From: Phoronis australis
Lineage: Eukaryota; Animalia; Phoronida
Assembly (NCBI GenBank): GCA_002633005.1
Contig: NMRA01000298.1
Coordinates: 233,887 to 297,886 of the forward strand
DNA length: 64,000 nt
Direction: 5' to 3'
The position numbers and the translations under genes were made by a program. Positions 51,001-63,762 of this stretch are shown piece by piece. The notes under the pieces were generated by a model. That model was not told the origin of the DNA and did no database searches. It saw only the letters and a list, made by a program, of their open reading frames with translations. Position 1 is the stretch's first letter. Each line of letters starts with the position of its first letter.

Positions 51001-54000
51001 ACAACATGTTGGTCAGAGATCACGTGCTAAAAAAGCGAAGTGTTCGCGTAAGTTAGAAAGATACATGGATGCGCTTTAAGACCAGGCACATTCACCTTCC
51101 GACTGGACTATTTACTCACAAACGCTCCGATATGCCCGCTGTCTGTACCGTCGTTCACTGCCCACCACCACCATTGGTGAAAGTTGTACTCGGGCAGACG
51201 CTGGATACTACCGTCACGTGTCACAACTGTTGGAAAAAATAAAATACAATGTGCTAGGCATTCCCTACAAATCATAATAAAAAATCGTTTGAGCCCGACG
51301 GCGTAACATACCAGGGCCCGGTCTCCAATCTTTTTACTCGAAATGGAACTCGAAATTAGGTTTGGCATTTTGTACTCTACTTTTGGGCGAACTCAAGATA
51401 AGTGTCTATTATTCTATGCTCGAGTACACAATAACTTACGTAGATAATTTATTGCCCTTAGTTCACAATTTGTAAACCCAATATTAAAGCAATAAGTTCG
51501 AGTTTGAACTCGAAATTTCGAGTTTTTACTCGAGTTTGTAGCACGAATATAAGGGTCTTCAAGGGCAAATTTGAACTAGAAACTTCTATGTATAAACTGT
51601 AATGTATTCGAGCACAGTCTGATAACCAATTATCTTAAGTTTGCACAAAAGGAGCAGAGAAATTGACAAAAATAGTTTCGAGTTCGTTTCGAGTACAAAG
51701 ATTAGAGACCGGGCCCAGATGCCCTCATGTTTCTCATAATTGCATATGTATATACCCTGTAAGGCTCACAAAGTAGGAAATCAAAAATTACTGTGACAGC
51801 GCATGTTTGAACACTCAGTGAAACAGCATTTTGCCGTCCGTGAAGTATTTCTAACTGTATGATTTTATAAATGCCAAACAAAGACAAATGAGGTAAAAGC
51901 ACCATCAAAACATGTACTTCCAGAATTTAAAACTCGATTTCGTTTAAACATCTGTACCTGCACTGATGTCAAGGTCGTAACGAATCTCCTCCACGATGAT
52001 TTTACTTCTGGAGTTCCAGCCCGTGTAGCCATCCATTGAACCTGACTTTCTGGCAATGTGAATCTGAATGGATCTCCGTCCTGCTGCGATGTTATCGCAC
52101 AATCCTTCAACTGCCAGAACAAACAGAAACCATAAATTTTTGGATAAAATTGTTTTATATGTTTCACGGTGTCTTTAGAGTTCCAGAAAGGTTAGAAATC
52201 CTGCTGTCTAGAGGCATCTCAAGTTAAACTGACCTTTTAGTTTTCTTAAATCTTAGAGCCCGGAAAGACCACAGCGGTGGATGCAATGTTACTCGACTGG
52301 TGAAAGACGGAATGCCTTTTACGTCTGATCATCAAACGTCTGGGGAAAATGCTGAATAAAGGAGCAATGCTTACCACTTTAGCTCCGCGGTCAAACGATC
52401 GAAATATAGGAAAATTTGAATAGACGTTTTGGCAGGTTTCACGTCGTATTTCGTTAAAGACGTTGCTGATTATTGTAAAACCTCTTCTGCATTAAGGACT
52501 TGCCTTTACGGAATTGCTATGGTAATAAATCTTATCACGGTAGTCTATATTTTACGTTCTGATTAATCTTTGAAGAACACACTAAGGAAACCCTGAGAGA
52601 ACCACAAAAGTCGGCCACCATGTCGCCACTGGCAGGCTAACAATATAATGGCTGTCAAATTGCAGCAAGTTTACTTTAGTAAATTTGCTGTTAGAAATTA
52701 TCTCTATTTTTAATAAAATTATCAGAGAATGTAGTTCTGTTTAAGGAATGCATTTCTATCAATCAGACCAAAGCAATGTCACTGCAGGGTAAAATGGTTC
52801 TTTATTCTCTTGGCATGTTGCTACATGTAGCACGTGTGCTTCCTGGGTTTAAATTGCTAGTTTCTAAAGAGAAATGAAAATAATACGGTTGTAGATTTTT
52901 AGTTCATTCAGGTGTTTTCATGATGAAGAAAAATTTCACGGCATCAACTGTTACATGTATAATCCTATAATGCGATCGTTCATATTGGTCACACTCGGGG
53001 ATTTAAACTGCACCCTCTCTCGGTAAAATCAAAACAAAACAATACTACAGAAACGAGATGGCACTAGAAGCTGAATGCATTGCAACGGAACGGACAGTCA
53101 TGTGTTTCTCAGATTTTTTTCAAGTAAGACTTGAGGAACTTCGGATTCTTCTGTACCGTCTGTGCTTAAAGGCGAAGGCAACATTTTTGTGTAACTTTTA
53201 GCAAAATTAGGTTCGTTGATTTTTCCAGATATATTTTTCACTTAATTACACCTTTTTAAAACTTAATCAATTACTCGTCCTTTACTCCGGAAGTGACGTT
53301 TTGGGAGACAATAATTTTGCGCCATTTTCATTTCATATAGTCAGAATGTGAGAATTGAAAAAGAAAATGTCTTTGCCTTTAAGAAATAACTTCATGATGA
53401 ATGCAGGAATAAACAGAGAACGAAACCTAAGCCAAGCAAGACGTCAACATCAAATTTCCTAGTTTTGAAATTGACAACAAAAACGATTTGGCAATTGGTA
53501 TATAGTAACTGTCAACACGTGTTCAGTAGAGATCAATAATATTTAACTCGGCAGGGTGCAACGAGCCTGCATTCGGAGGTCTAAAGGACGGCAATTAGTG
53601 TTTGCCAGCAAGCCTGCATCATCGAACGTCAGCCATTGGGAGGTGTCCAGAAGCCCTCCTTCAGACGTTCAGGGAGTTAGAAGACAAAACATTTTGAACG
53701 TAAGGTATATTCCCGTTCACTTACTTCCTCCGGTTCCATCATGGGTGTGGTCAACAACGTTGCCGTCCCAGTGAGCGTAAATGCCATCTATGAGGCCAGG
53801 ACTAGTACAATCGTGGCCGTCAAACCGAATAAAGTAGCGCAGAGCGCCTTGTTGGTACATGTAAATATTGGAATGAAATAGAACGCGAATGGCAGTGTCG
53901 GATGCTCTTTTGTAGTAGTTGTACGTCTGAAATACAGCCGGATACTTTGTGAGGCAACAAATGCAGCAATGCAAGTTCAAAGTATAGGATTACGGTTATC

Positions 54001-57000
54001 CCAAAATGGCACCCTAGCCTTTGCTCCTTAAATATTTACTTCGAAATAATTAACAGTAGTAAAGAATTCTTTTCAATACAAATCTATTGTGAGTAGATGA
54101 CGTTTCTACCAAACTGGGAAATGGTAATGATCGTTCGCTGCCTTTTGGGGGCCTGTTTAAAATTCGCTTTAAGAACACTTGCAGGCAGGGAGAAAAGTTG
54201 TCAATCATTTCACTACGTGCGTCACTAGAGATGCATGTTACTGATGTTATCAGTGGTTCCTCTCGTTAGTTCCTCAATGCTGTTTGGACTATTGGTATAA
54301 ATGACATTCCAAATATCTTCGTAAATATACGTTAAGAGGACTCAAACCCAGGGCTGATGATCTACCATACAAATCCTTAAAAACTTACCAAACGCAGTAA
54401 GATAAAAGTGTCTCTTAAGTTTTTGCTTCTTAATAAACTTGTAGACCACGTGGGAAGGGGGTAAATAGCAACTACTTTGTAAAGGTGATGACAGATATTT
54501 TCATTTAATTGTATAAAAATGCATAAACTAAGAATGAAATGTCAGTAGGTGGTGAGTCGAAGTTGAAGTAGCACCAGTGACGCAATGGGCTTACCCGAAG
54601 AAATGCAAACAGTCATGAGACCCTGATTGGACTAGCGCCACCACAATGTGTGAGCATCGAGATCGGCAAATAGCCAATCGATATTCAATATTTGATGCTC
54701 ACCCAGAACCATTACTTTTTTAACATCTGAGTAGGTCAAGGGCATTTCTTACACTAACGCCACATCGTGACCCTCGAGTTTCCTTTACACCTGACCACGG
54801 TTTCGTCCAACATCTTAAATGCGTACATGCATCTAGGTAGAGTGAAAAGACAACTTCACATCCGTTTCCCAAGAAAGTTGACGGGAGAGTAAGAGATATT
54901 CAAACATTGTCGACGGACATCGACTGGATTGTCGAAAGATTACTATTATGCCATTCCCTAGGTATTCAAAATTAATAAAATCTCTAGCAGGGCCACCTGT
55001 GGCCGATTTTGGAGAGCGGTAAAAAATGCCGATGATTGTAATATTAATCCGGTCATTTTCAAGGCCAGCCATGTCCACAACCTGGTCACTGCATATACTG
55101 TTTGTTAGCCCTCATTACTAACAAAGAACTATTGCAAAGTCTTACCTCCATTGCAATTGCAATTTTTTGGTCTCTCACCCCGGCATCGTCTGACCAGTGA
55201 CACCGCGACTTTTACGATAAAAAGAATTTTGTGTCCAAACAACCCACCAAGCTTATATTCCATGCGGATGGCAGCAGCGTACATGTACCTGTATTGTCGA
55301 ATGCTGTGTGCTCCATTTACTCGCTGTTTCAAGATCAACCTGCATTTGGTGGTCGGGCTCAATAGATTGCAGTGTCATAACGGCTTGTTCACTCTACCTA
55401 GTTTTCCACCTGGCGAGTGCGCGCGCGCTGCGCATGCTTAACTCGAAACCGTGGACTTGCGCATTGAAAGAGCTAGCGGCTAGTTCAGTCAACTGTTGAC
55501 GCATTTCAATTGCGTGGCCTGAGCTGTCACCTCTGCTATAGTTCTATGGGTCGCGGAAAAGGCAAAAATAGTTAATACAAAAATCAACTCTAACTCGTGA
55601 TTTTGCCCTTTCCGCGCACTTAGCTATATGTAGTTTGATTTTCCATACGCGATTGATTTTTGCGAATTAGATTCAATTTTTATGAATTAGGATTGATTTT
55701 CTAAGCAAGATTGATTTTTGCGAATTAGGTTCGATTCTTTTATTAACTATTTCTTGCCCTTTCCACAGACAATATCGTTCACTTGAACCAGGCAGCTCAG
55801 CTCGCAACATTCCGTCTGCGGTGGTGCTTACATAGATATGACCGTTGTCTGCTCCATTCACACCAGTCCACGTGTATTGTTTGATGTTGAATCTGGATAA
55901 TTTCGGACAAGTTCCTAAAATGAAAATTCACGTTATTCGATTAAAGTTTTAACTTAAGAGCTGTACGGAAACTATGTTCTAAACGTGAATGTATCAATCG
56001 TGAAATGCGAATTGAAATATGGTTAATTGCTTAAGTGCACTTAGACACGCACCTCAAAAGCGGGGCAGGCTGGATTAAGTGTGGAGACGAGGGCAAACGG
56101 CAACGGGAATAGAAGGAGAGGGGGCGAACGGTGAAGACACAGGGAGTGCGCTGTAAAATTTTGAGGTCTATGAGGTACATGCTTATAAAATTTACATATA
56201 ACGATTCATATATGAATTTTGTCGCTTGTCTGCATGCAGCTACATGTACATGTGTCTGGCGGGTTAATCCACGGATTGCTTTTCAAAATATGGGCTAAAA
56301 TTGGATGAGATAATTGTGGTCGTAAACCAACCCGCCTGTTTAGCGCGGAGTTTCAAATTCAAAACACGAACAATAAGAAAAGCAAGTAACCAAAAATGGC
56401 TTTAAAATTAGAAAAGTAAATAGTAGCCGCCTTTTAATTTTTAAAGTCAACGCATTATAAGACAAATAAAAGTATAGGTTTTCTTCAGCATAGCGGCTAA
56501 ACCACGAGCATTAAATTGTTAATCGATTGGAACCGGTTAGTTGCAGTCTGGCTTAGGCTCGCTTAGGCGTTGGGGGTACAAAACCCCCGCATGGTGGTGT
56601 AGGAGTTGTCTCATGCACCAACCCTACCCTACATCGTAGCAAAATTTTGCCGTCAGTGAGGCTTTTGGTTGGCTTCAAGGTATTTCAGACATTTATTGCC
56701 ACACTAATGCGTGGAAGTTGTCCCGCACCACCCCCGAGCCCCCGCACTCATCAACGTTGTGGTCTTCATGGGTGAGGTCGTTGTCATCCCTCTAGCCGTC
56801 CCCCGATGGTTTGATATTGCCCGGCTACATCCTTTGTAGCGCCGTGACGTGTCTGGAGTGACGCTGCCAGTTTCAACGCTATGAAAACGGGAAGTTATGA
56901 TGCGGACGCGATTAAGCATGACGAATAATGATGATGTACTGAACGTTTTCATGCCGTGAAGGGGTAGTGGCACCGTTATTGAACAGCATAGCCTGTTGCT

Positions 57001-60000
57001 CCAAAATGGAGTCGAGTGGAATGTCCAAGTGATTAGACTTGCCATTTTAACCCCTCTAGTTGAACCAAGGCAGCACACAAGCAGATAATGAAAGGTGCAG
57101 CAAAATATATAGCTCTAATCAACGGTGTTGTTAAATGCTCCTTACCCGGGCACTGTCCCCATCTCCCATCGCTGTCGTAATTAGAAGTGGTCGCGCACCA
57201 CGGTTGATTGTGATCCGCCTCAATGCAAGCACTGTACGACATGCCTTTGTAAACGAAGGGAAACGTGCACGATGAGCCACCGGCATTACCTCCATAAGTT
57301 GGCAGGTTAGTATCTGTGAAAAGTGATATATCAATCCGTTTCGTGACGTACATTATGGTGCAAAGAGATTTGACATAATTGGATTATTTACAATTGGCTA
57401 AGCTTGTATTGCAATCACGTGTTTCCTGTTTGTTTTTGAATCGTTGAGTATCAGATCAGCTATGAGGAGAATATCCGTGGACCTGAGCTCCCTATCATGG
57501 TGTCATATCTACATGAGAATGGTTGGTGTCGGTTTAAAACCGTTTTAGCCGGATGATGGCACGACAAGCACACGAGCCTTTACCTGGACAATTTGATTAG
57601 ACTCACGTTTTTCAACAATGATGATATCCATTTGTCTTCGGGAGGTTTTAAAGACATGCTTCCCTGCTCTCCTTGCTTCAACTTTGTCACTAGCAAGACG
57701 TTTTACACATGGAGAAATGTTTGTACAAAGCAATTAATGTTGGCAGCCACTTCGCCCTATTTGCTGTGAGTTCATACATGTACCACGTGACTGCGTTGTG
57801 CGATAAGGACAAGTGCCACTCACCGAAAGATCGTCTCAGGTCATTTTCTTCTACAGTCATGGACACACCGTTGCCACCCCAGCCCGTCTGACCATCCACC
57901 ACATTGTATCCACTGCATGTACCGATACGAAACTTGACCACGATGTCACCGGAGATTGGTAAATCACAGATACCATCAACTGAAATTGCAAAAGCAGATG
58001 AATACATGACTTAAAATACGGAAGGATGGCTGGGTGGTTACCATTGTCTTACCGATCGAACTGTTGACGTAAATAGCTACAGGAGCTAACAATAATCCAT
58101 ATAAAATCCTTTCAGTTGCAACACAGATGCAAACATATCAGACTCTTACCGTTGGCAGGGCGATAATCATCCCTTGCTACGCCTTTGTACCACACTATCT
58201 CAATCTTCCCAGGCGAAGAGCATTCTTGATCGTTGAAAGTGAAGTACCAACGATTGCAGCAACCTCCGCAGTTATAACCGGCGCGAATGATACCTCGGAA
58301 ACGCACTCTCAGTGAGGTGAAGGAGTATTGTTTCTTGAAAGTTTTTGTCTGAAACATAGAGGCAGTAGAGTGCATAGCAACGGTAGCTTCAGTCAAGGTA
58401 GTTTGTTGCATTCGCCTAGTACACTTTTGACGGAGTCACTATAAGATCAAGGTATCTGTCCTCTTAAAAAGGGGCCCACTTGTATTAAGTTTCCACTACT
58501 TTTTGAGATAACTTTTCGGATAAACTCTCTAAGTATTCCGACAAGACGTTTATCTAAGCTCAGCATAATCCGACACAGTGGTCTCAACGTCTGTCTAGTT
58601 TATTTTGAAAACTTCCGCAAAGCCCCGCGGGAACAATTTATTTAAGCTTGAAGCAGTTAAAGATAGGCCATGTCGTCACAAATGACACCAGTTCACAAAT
58701 AAATATTAAACCCTTCTCTTAATTCATTAAGTAAGAGTGGGAATCCTTTGTAGAGTTTGGAACTAGCGGAGAGAACTGTGCTGTATGGATTTTTGTCGGG
58801 AATTCATCCCTTTGCACGGAAACTGGTCATGAATGCGTCACCCTATTGTGAGGCACGTCTCGTAGCTTTTCCATGGAAGTATATTCCCCCCGGATTCACA
58901 GAACTGTACCAACGCTTGACATTCTGGCAACGAAAATGGGGAGCATTCATACTGACAGGATGACATCACCACTGCTAATACGCTGTATATCGTTTTACAA
59001 CTGTTCATTCGGACATCATAGCTGTTCAATTAACTATCAGTGGCCGTCTGATTCCTCAGTTTAGGTATTGTGTGCGCTGCTGGGGTCTCGGTCTCAGTAC
59101 CGAAACAAGGTCATACGTTACACTAGCGGGACCTTTTGTCATCCCCGCTTTGCAATTACTAGCCTAACTCAACGCACTAATGTGTCTTTCTCGAACTGAC
59201 AAAGAGGCAAATTCATGAACTGAAATCACTCCGCGTTCATTTCGTCAACTTAATGATCATCTTTTATGACGTGTAAGCCAATGGCTCAGAATACCCAAAT
59301 AAGGCAAACGGTTTGCCAAACACTTGCAGGAAAAGCATTTAAGAACTCGGCTTCGCCAGAGAGAATAAAGAAAGGAAAATTTGCAACGGTCCAGAATCAA
59401 ATTGTTTTACTCGAAATCGAAGTCGAGTTGCATTATACGTTCTAATTGGATTAAAATTCAAAAACTGTCTATGATTCTGTGCTTAAATACATGTATATTA
59501 TGGTTTACATACATGTAGGTAATTGCGTAATTATATTTTGCACTTGGTGACCGTAGAATTAAAGCCATGAGTTCCCGTCTGAACTCGAAATCTGGAGTTT
59601 TTACCTTAAATCTAGTGTCTCTAATCCTGTCTGTACCTCAGATCTTAGAGTTATTAAGTACACTCATCCACGTAAACCATAATTTCTTCGAGTACAGAAT
59701 TAAAAACGCTCTGTGTTTGTAATTAAGTAGTCAAATATAGGTACATGTTAAAAGACTTCAATTTCACGTGAAAATGAACCTCCGTATTCAAAATAAATGA
59801 TTGCATTAAAGCATTGATTACATTGTTATAGAGTCACCAAGTCAAATTATCAACTTCATTTCCCAAAAAATGAAGGTTATCGCATGAGCTAACACATACA
59901 ATAAAGAAGTAAAAATGTGTCAACTTCAATCTTAAACCTATCAAAGTTATGGAAGAGGGAATATTACGCAATCAGTAAATTCACCAATCGAGTCCCAATG

Positions 60001-63000
60001 TGGATGTCGGAAATCAAAGTGCTGCTGTCTGTCCGGAAACAAGTTTCGGTTTAAGGCACTTATTGATATCACATTGGTTGTTTCTTGTTCCTTAAAAGCG
60101 ATCTCCGGACTAGAAAAACACTGACGATCTGTGACTTCTTCAGGTATCAGCAATAAAAACTTTTGAAGTCTTGTAATCACATCTAATTTGATTAAATGAA
60201 GGAAAAGTTTTAGAGTATTCCCATAGTGATGCCCTGCCGAAATCAAAACTCGTTTTTGGCAGAACTGTGGCAATGAATGAGGCTTTCAGATTGGGAAAAA
60301 TCTCAAGACTTACCAATAAAGCTGCGTTGTCGCTACCGGAACTGTAGTCCTTGTAGTAGTAATGTCTGATGTTAGCAACCGGAATTTCGTCACACTCTTT
60401 ATATGGCGCTGTGTTGGGCAAGAAAACATTAATATTGGACGTTGGTTTGATAAAAACTCATGTCTTGGGAGTATCAACATATTTCTACATTTAGGCATTT
60501 GTACATAAAGATTCAATGACAATTATTCACATGTGTCTACTGATACATTTACATATCAAATGGAAACAAACACTGTGATTGAACCACTGACTTTGATTAT
60601 TGACCACGCCTTTTGTTGAACGGTAAATTGGTCTGCTAGGAAGAGGATGGGCTCCCCAATCACTCCTACTATCCGTAACGGATCCGACACCATGCGCGTA
60701 CCCAGCATTCAATATGGGGGGCTCGAATTCCTGGCGTTGTGGAGTGAATTGCGTGTTTGCGCTTATTTAGGGGGCTTTTGTCCCATTTTCTGAGAATTTT
60801 TGTCTCTCGAACGTGGACCTTTTTGCCCACTTCGCTAAATGGCGAGGCTCGTTCGAGCCCCCCAAGCCCCCCTCCCCCATCTAGGTGCGCGCATGCCGAC
60901 ACCATAGTCACTCTACAGACGCAACCTCATGGATTCGTTCAGTTTCGCAAAGAGTATTCGAATGACAAACCTGGTCAAGTCACGTGCTTCATTTCCAGAG
61001 CATGGTGACATCTCGTGAAGTCTGCATACATGCGTGATCTTGCCAAACTCACAGGAAACTAGCCTCACGCTCTTCATCAATTGATCAAATAGTCTGATAG
61101 ACTGGCGGTTAATTGTGTTTTTCTCAGAATGTTTGCACATTATTGAAGGGAGTTTGAAATTGGTTATAGATCTGAAATAGCAGCTGACACTGATGATTTG
61201 ATTAATGTAACCCGGTGAAAACTGCATATAATTCCGACAAACGAGATTACCCAACGCCTATCACAGTTACGGTTGTGGAAGTGCCACAAGGGAATGGCCA
61301 ATATGGTGGAAGTTATTTGCACCAGTACCATAGCAGCAAGTTCTTTTCGATAAGGGTAAATTATCGCATCCCCGCTTATTACTCCTAAAAACCTATCAAA
61401 TCGCCCAACGTTTTATAAAGGTACCACTGCAACATGCGCGTCAAACAACCAAGAATGTGTGAAATAAAAAACATAAAATTATTTGACCGGAATCGCAAGC
61501 TTGAATACCACTGTTTATGAGAGCTATCCGTTGTCTTAATATTGGCAATACTATGTCGCGCTGCCATCCACGTCCATAGTATCAGGTTTGACTGTTGATT
61601 CATATTCACACTATCAAATACAAGTTGTGAAGAAATAGCTATTGGTTAGTAAATTCCTTCTGTAAAAAAGCCTTAAAGTTTATAAAAGTGGGTGATTATT
61701 GAAACCCGTCTCTCCGACCCTCGCATTGCAACGGTGATGACCGAGGATGTGTTCCGTAGACGCTTGTAACTCGCCAAACGTAAGATCACGCAGGCCTTTG
61801 CGAGGCATATCCATTTGGTACAAGCGAACCACCTACCCTTACAAAAATGAACTTAAGTTTTTCGCTGACAACTTAAATTTTTGGCGAAAAAGCTTAAGTT
61901 TTTGAAAAATAACTTAAGTTTTAGAGGAAAAACTTAAGTTCTTCCGAAAAACTTAAGTTTTTAAAAGAAACTTAAGTTTTAAAACTTAAAATCTTCCGAA
62001 AAACTTAAGTTTTTTTTCAGGTGCAAAACTTAAGTTTTCACAAATAAACTTAAGTTTCAAGTAATAACTTAACTTTCCATGAAAACTTAAGTTTTTTGTT
62101 CTAACAAAACTTAAGTTTTTCTGATAACTTAAGTTTATCACAAAACTTAAGTTTTTGTAATTTTAAAAACTTAAGTTTTCCTGACTTCCCAAGTTTTTCG
62201 CAAACTTTAGTTTTTCCAATCATAGAAACTTTAGTTTTGCCGACTCCTTAAGTTTTTCAGAAAAATGGATTTTTTCTAGGTTGGAATACTTAAGTTTTTG
62301 AAAAACTTAAATTTTCAGAACTTAATTTTTTGAAAAACTTAAGTTTTAAGAACTTAAGTTTTTAAAAAACTTAAGTTTTTGAGAACTTAAGGTATGAAAA
62401 CTTAAGTTCGTTCCAAAAAACTTGTTCCAAAATACTTAAGTTTTCGCCAAAAAAATTAAGTTTTTCGATGAAAACTTAGTTCATTTTTGTAAGGGTAGTC
62501 ACTCTAGCTTTTCTCGCGAATGTGTTAGTACGTTTACGGAATGCAGACGTATTCTAGCAAGCTACCTTTCGTTCTCGCTCGCTGGAACAGATAACCAACA
62601 TCACGCAGGTGTCGGTTCCACGAGACAGGAGATTGGCTGCAAGTTAACGACTGGGGGGAATTAATCACTTTACGCTATGATGTTTTATGCATGGCTCCAT
62701 ACGAATAAGGTAACAAACAGTAATGTTGCTTACAAACAGGTCCCTGTTAATCACGCAGGAAGCCAAAACGTGGTGAACTGCTTTTTGTCTCCGACCCATG
62801 TAGATGTTAAAAACAGGAGTCTATATTCATCAGCACCACCTTTATGTACATTGTAGTGAACATGAAGTCTCAAAGAGGCATGGAACGCGAAAGCTCGTCA
62901 AAAACAATTCCGGACGAAAGTATAGTCGCAACGTCTACTACAGGTTTATTCACTCCCCCTGTGCGGGAATTTCTAGAAAAAATTTAAAAAATCATGAATA

Positions 63001-63762
63001 TTGAAATAGGCACTATGTATGGAAAAACTCAGTAGTCACCACAGAGTTTCTTATCTCCCTCCCACTTATGATAAAACCACGTATGCGCTCACAGTCATTT
63101 GACACCTGACTGACAACATGGATATTAACGGCAGATTATCATGTCTAATCACATTTCGAACCTGAGGTCTACACCACAGTATGAGGCAAGCTAGAGAAGC
63201 AAGGGCTTTCCTAAAAATGGTGTTACAAGTGCATTTTAGAATATATTTGAATACTGCAGTACCTTTAAAAATAATTCCAAACACTTGGGACTTACATCAA
63301 TTGACTCGTAATCGGATTGACTGCTGCTTGAAGTCTCCATTGTTTTGCTATAAAGGTCAGAGGTCACATTTCTCATATACGGTAAGTTTTCTACTTCTGC
63401 ATCTTGTCATACCAAATAAGGAGACGTGTTTTGTATTGTGGGAGAAAAACCGACGAAGTGACGAACAGTTAGCAAATCATTTTTTTTTGAAATTTGAAAC
63501 TATAAATTAAAACTTTATACTGTAAACGGTGAACGGCTTGAATTCTGTTTCAGTGTCGGAGAACCACTATGAATAATGCAATTTAGTCTGGTTTTTGCGT
63601 TCCAGGTCTCTTTAAGGGCGTGTTGCTTACACGAGGTATGAAAGACTTACCAACGCAGACTCCTACGTTGTTAGTGCAGTCTTTCACACAGGCCTGGCCT
63701 CCGTCTGCGCAATTGGCGTTCGTGCATTCAGTGCTTGAGTCAGCCTTGTTGTTGACGTTGTC
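47948..63762 (-). CDS. Copy D (exons 2-12; exon 1 lies right of the window): paralog of copy C, intact frame
   Basis: Exons 63762-63651, 60408-60314, 58348-58150, 57979-57824, 57313-57146, 55914-55832, 53926-53725, 52110-51958, 51226-51120, 49059-48834, 48093-47948. Lengths and phases equal copy C except exon 5 (156 vs 159 nt). Ends EVFPVN-TAG. Confidence 0.88.
48834..49059 (-). CDS. Copy D exon 11
   Basis: SVTYTKKSSQSMLAVQYSGDLR...GCSRWYLTFNGAECSTPGPI. Confidence 0.88.
51120..51226 (-). CDS. Copy D exon 10
   Basis: VVTRDGSIQRLPEYNFHQWWWWAVNDGTDSGHIGAF. Confidence 0.85.
51315..51715. mobile_element. PIF/Harbinger-type MITE
   Basis: TIR GGCCCGGTCTC(C/T)AATCTTT(T/G)TACTCGAAA; 3-bp duplication CAG. 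Confidence 0.78.
51958..52110 (-). CDS. Copy D exon 9
   Basis: (I)EGLCDNIAAGRRSIQIHIARKSGSMDGYTGWNSRSKIIVEEIRYDLDISA; the ORF track shows a different frame here. Confidence 0.87.
53170..53378. mobile_element. Short TTAA-flanked MITE (Kolobok-like)
   Basis: ttaa-aggcgaaggcaacatttt ... aaaatgtctttgcct-ttaa. Confidence 0.6.
53725..53926 (-). CDS. Copy D exon 8
   Basis: TYNYYKRASDTAIRVLFHSNIY...LRYFIRFDGHDCTSPGLIDG. Confidence 0.87.
55650..55740 (+). repeat. Short degenerate direct repeats (GATTGATTTTTGCGAATTAG)
   Basis: Two exact copies plus partial units; the adjacent hairpin at 55552-55616 suggests a transposon remnant. Confidence 0.5.
55832..55914 (-). CDS. Copy D exon 7
   Basis: (G)TCPKLSRFNIKQYTWTGVNGADNGHIY. 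Confidence 0.84.
57146..57313 (-). CDS. Copy D exon 6, fibronectin type II domain
   Basis: TYGGNAGGSSCTFPFVYKGMSYSAC...PWCATTSNYDSDGRWGQC. Confidence 0.92.
57824..57979 (-). CDS. Copy D exon 5
   Basis: VDGICDLPISGDIVVKFRIGTCSGYNVVDGQTGWGGNGVSMTVEENDLRRSF. Confidence 0.88.
58150..58348 (-). CDS. Copy D exon 4
   Basis: TKTFKKQYSFTSLRVRFRGIIRAGYNCGGCCNRWYFTFNDQECSSPGKIE. Confidence 0.9.
60314..60408 (-). CDS. Copy D exon 3
   Basis: (A)PYKECDEIPVANIRHYYYKDYSSGSDNAALL. Confidence 0.85.
60691..60895. mobile_element. CATGCG-ended MITE with 7-bp target-site duplication
   Basis: TIR catgcgcgtacc / ggtgcgcgcatg; CCGACAC on both sides (60684-60690, 60896-60902). Confidence 0.75.
61834..62497. mobile_element. 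Foldback/MITE filled with palindromic AAACTTAAGTTT units
   Basis: Perfect 20-bp TIR TACCCTTACAAAAATGAACT; roughly 30 degenerate units at ~20-bp spacing. Confidence 0.8.
63651..63762 (-). CDS. Copy D exon 2, Cys-rich module
   Basis: DNVNNKADSSTECTNANCADGGQACVKDCTNNVGVCV; ttccag acceptor, gtaagt donor. Confidence 0.85.

Noticed and set aside
56704-57078. GC-richer 124-aa ORF in intron 6 of copy D as an extra exon or nested gene
   Set aside because: No recognisable domain, no counterpart in copies B or C, and exons 6 and 7 splice in frame without it; possibly a transposon remnant.
61834-62497. CRISPR-like repeat-spacer array
   Set aside because: Units are about 12-14 bp and degenerate, with linkers under about 10 bp, enclosed by TIRs. 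The context is eukaryotic and there are no cas genes.
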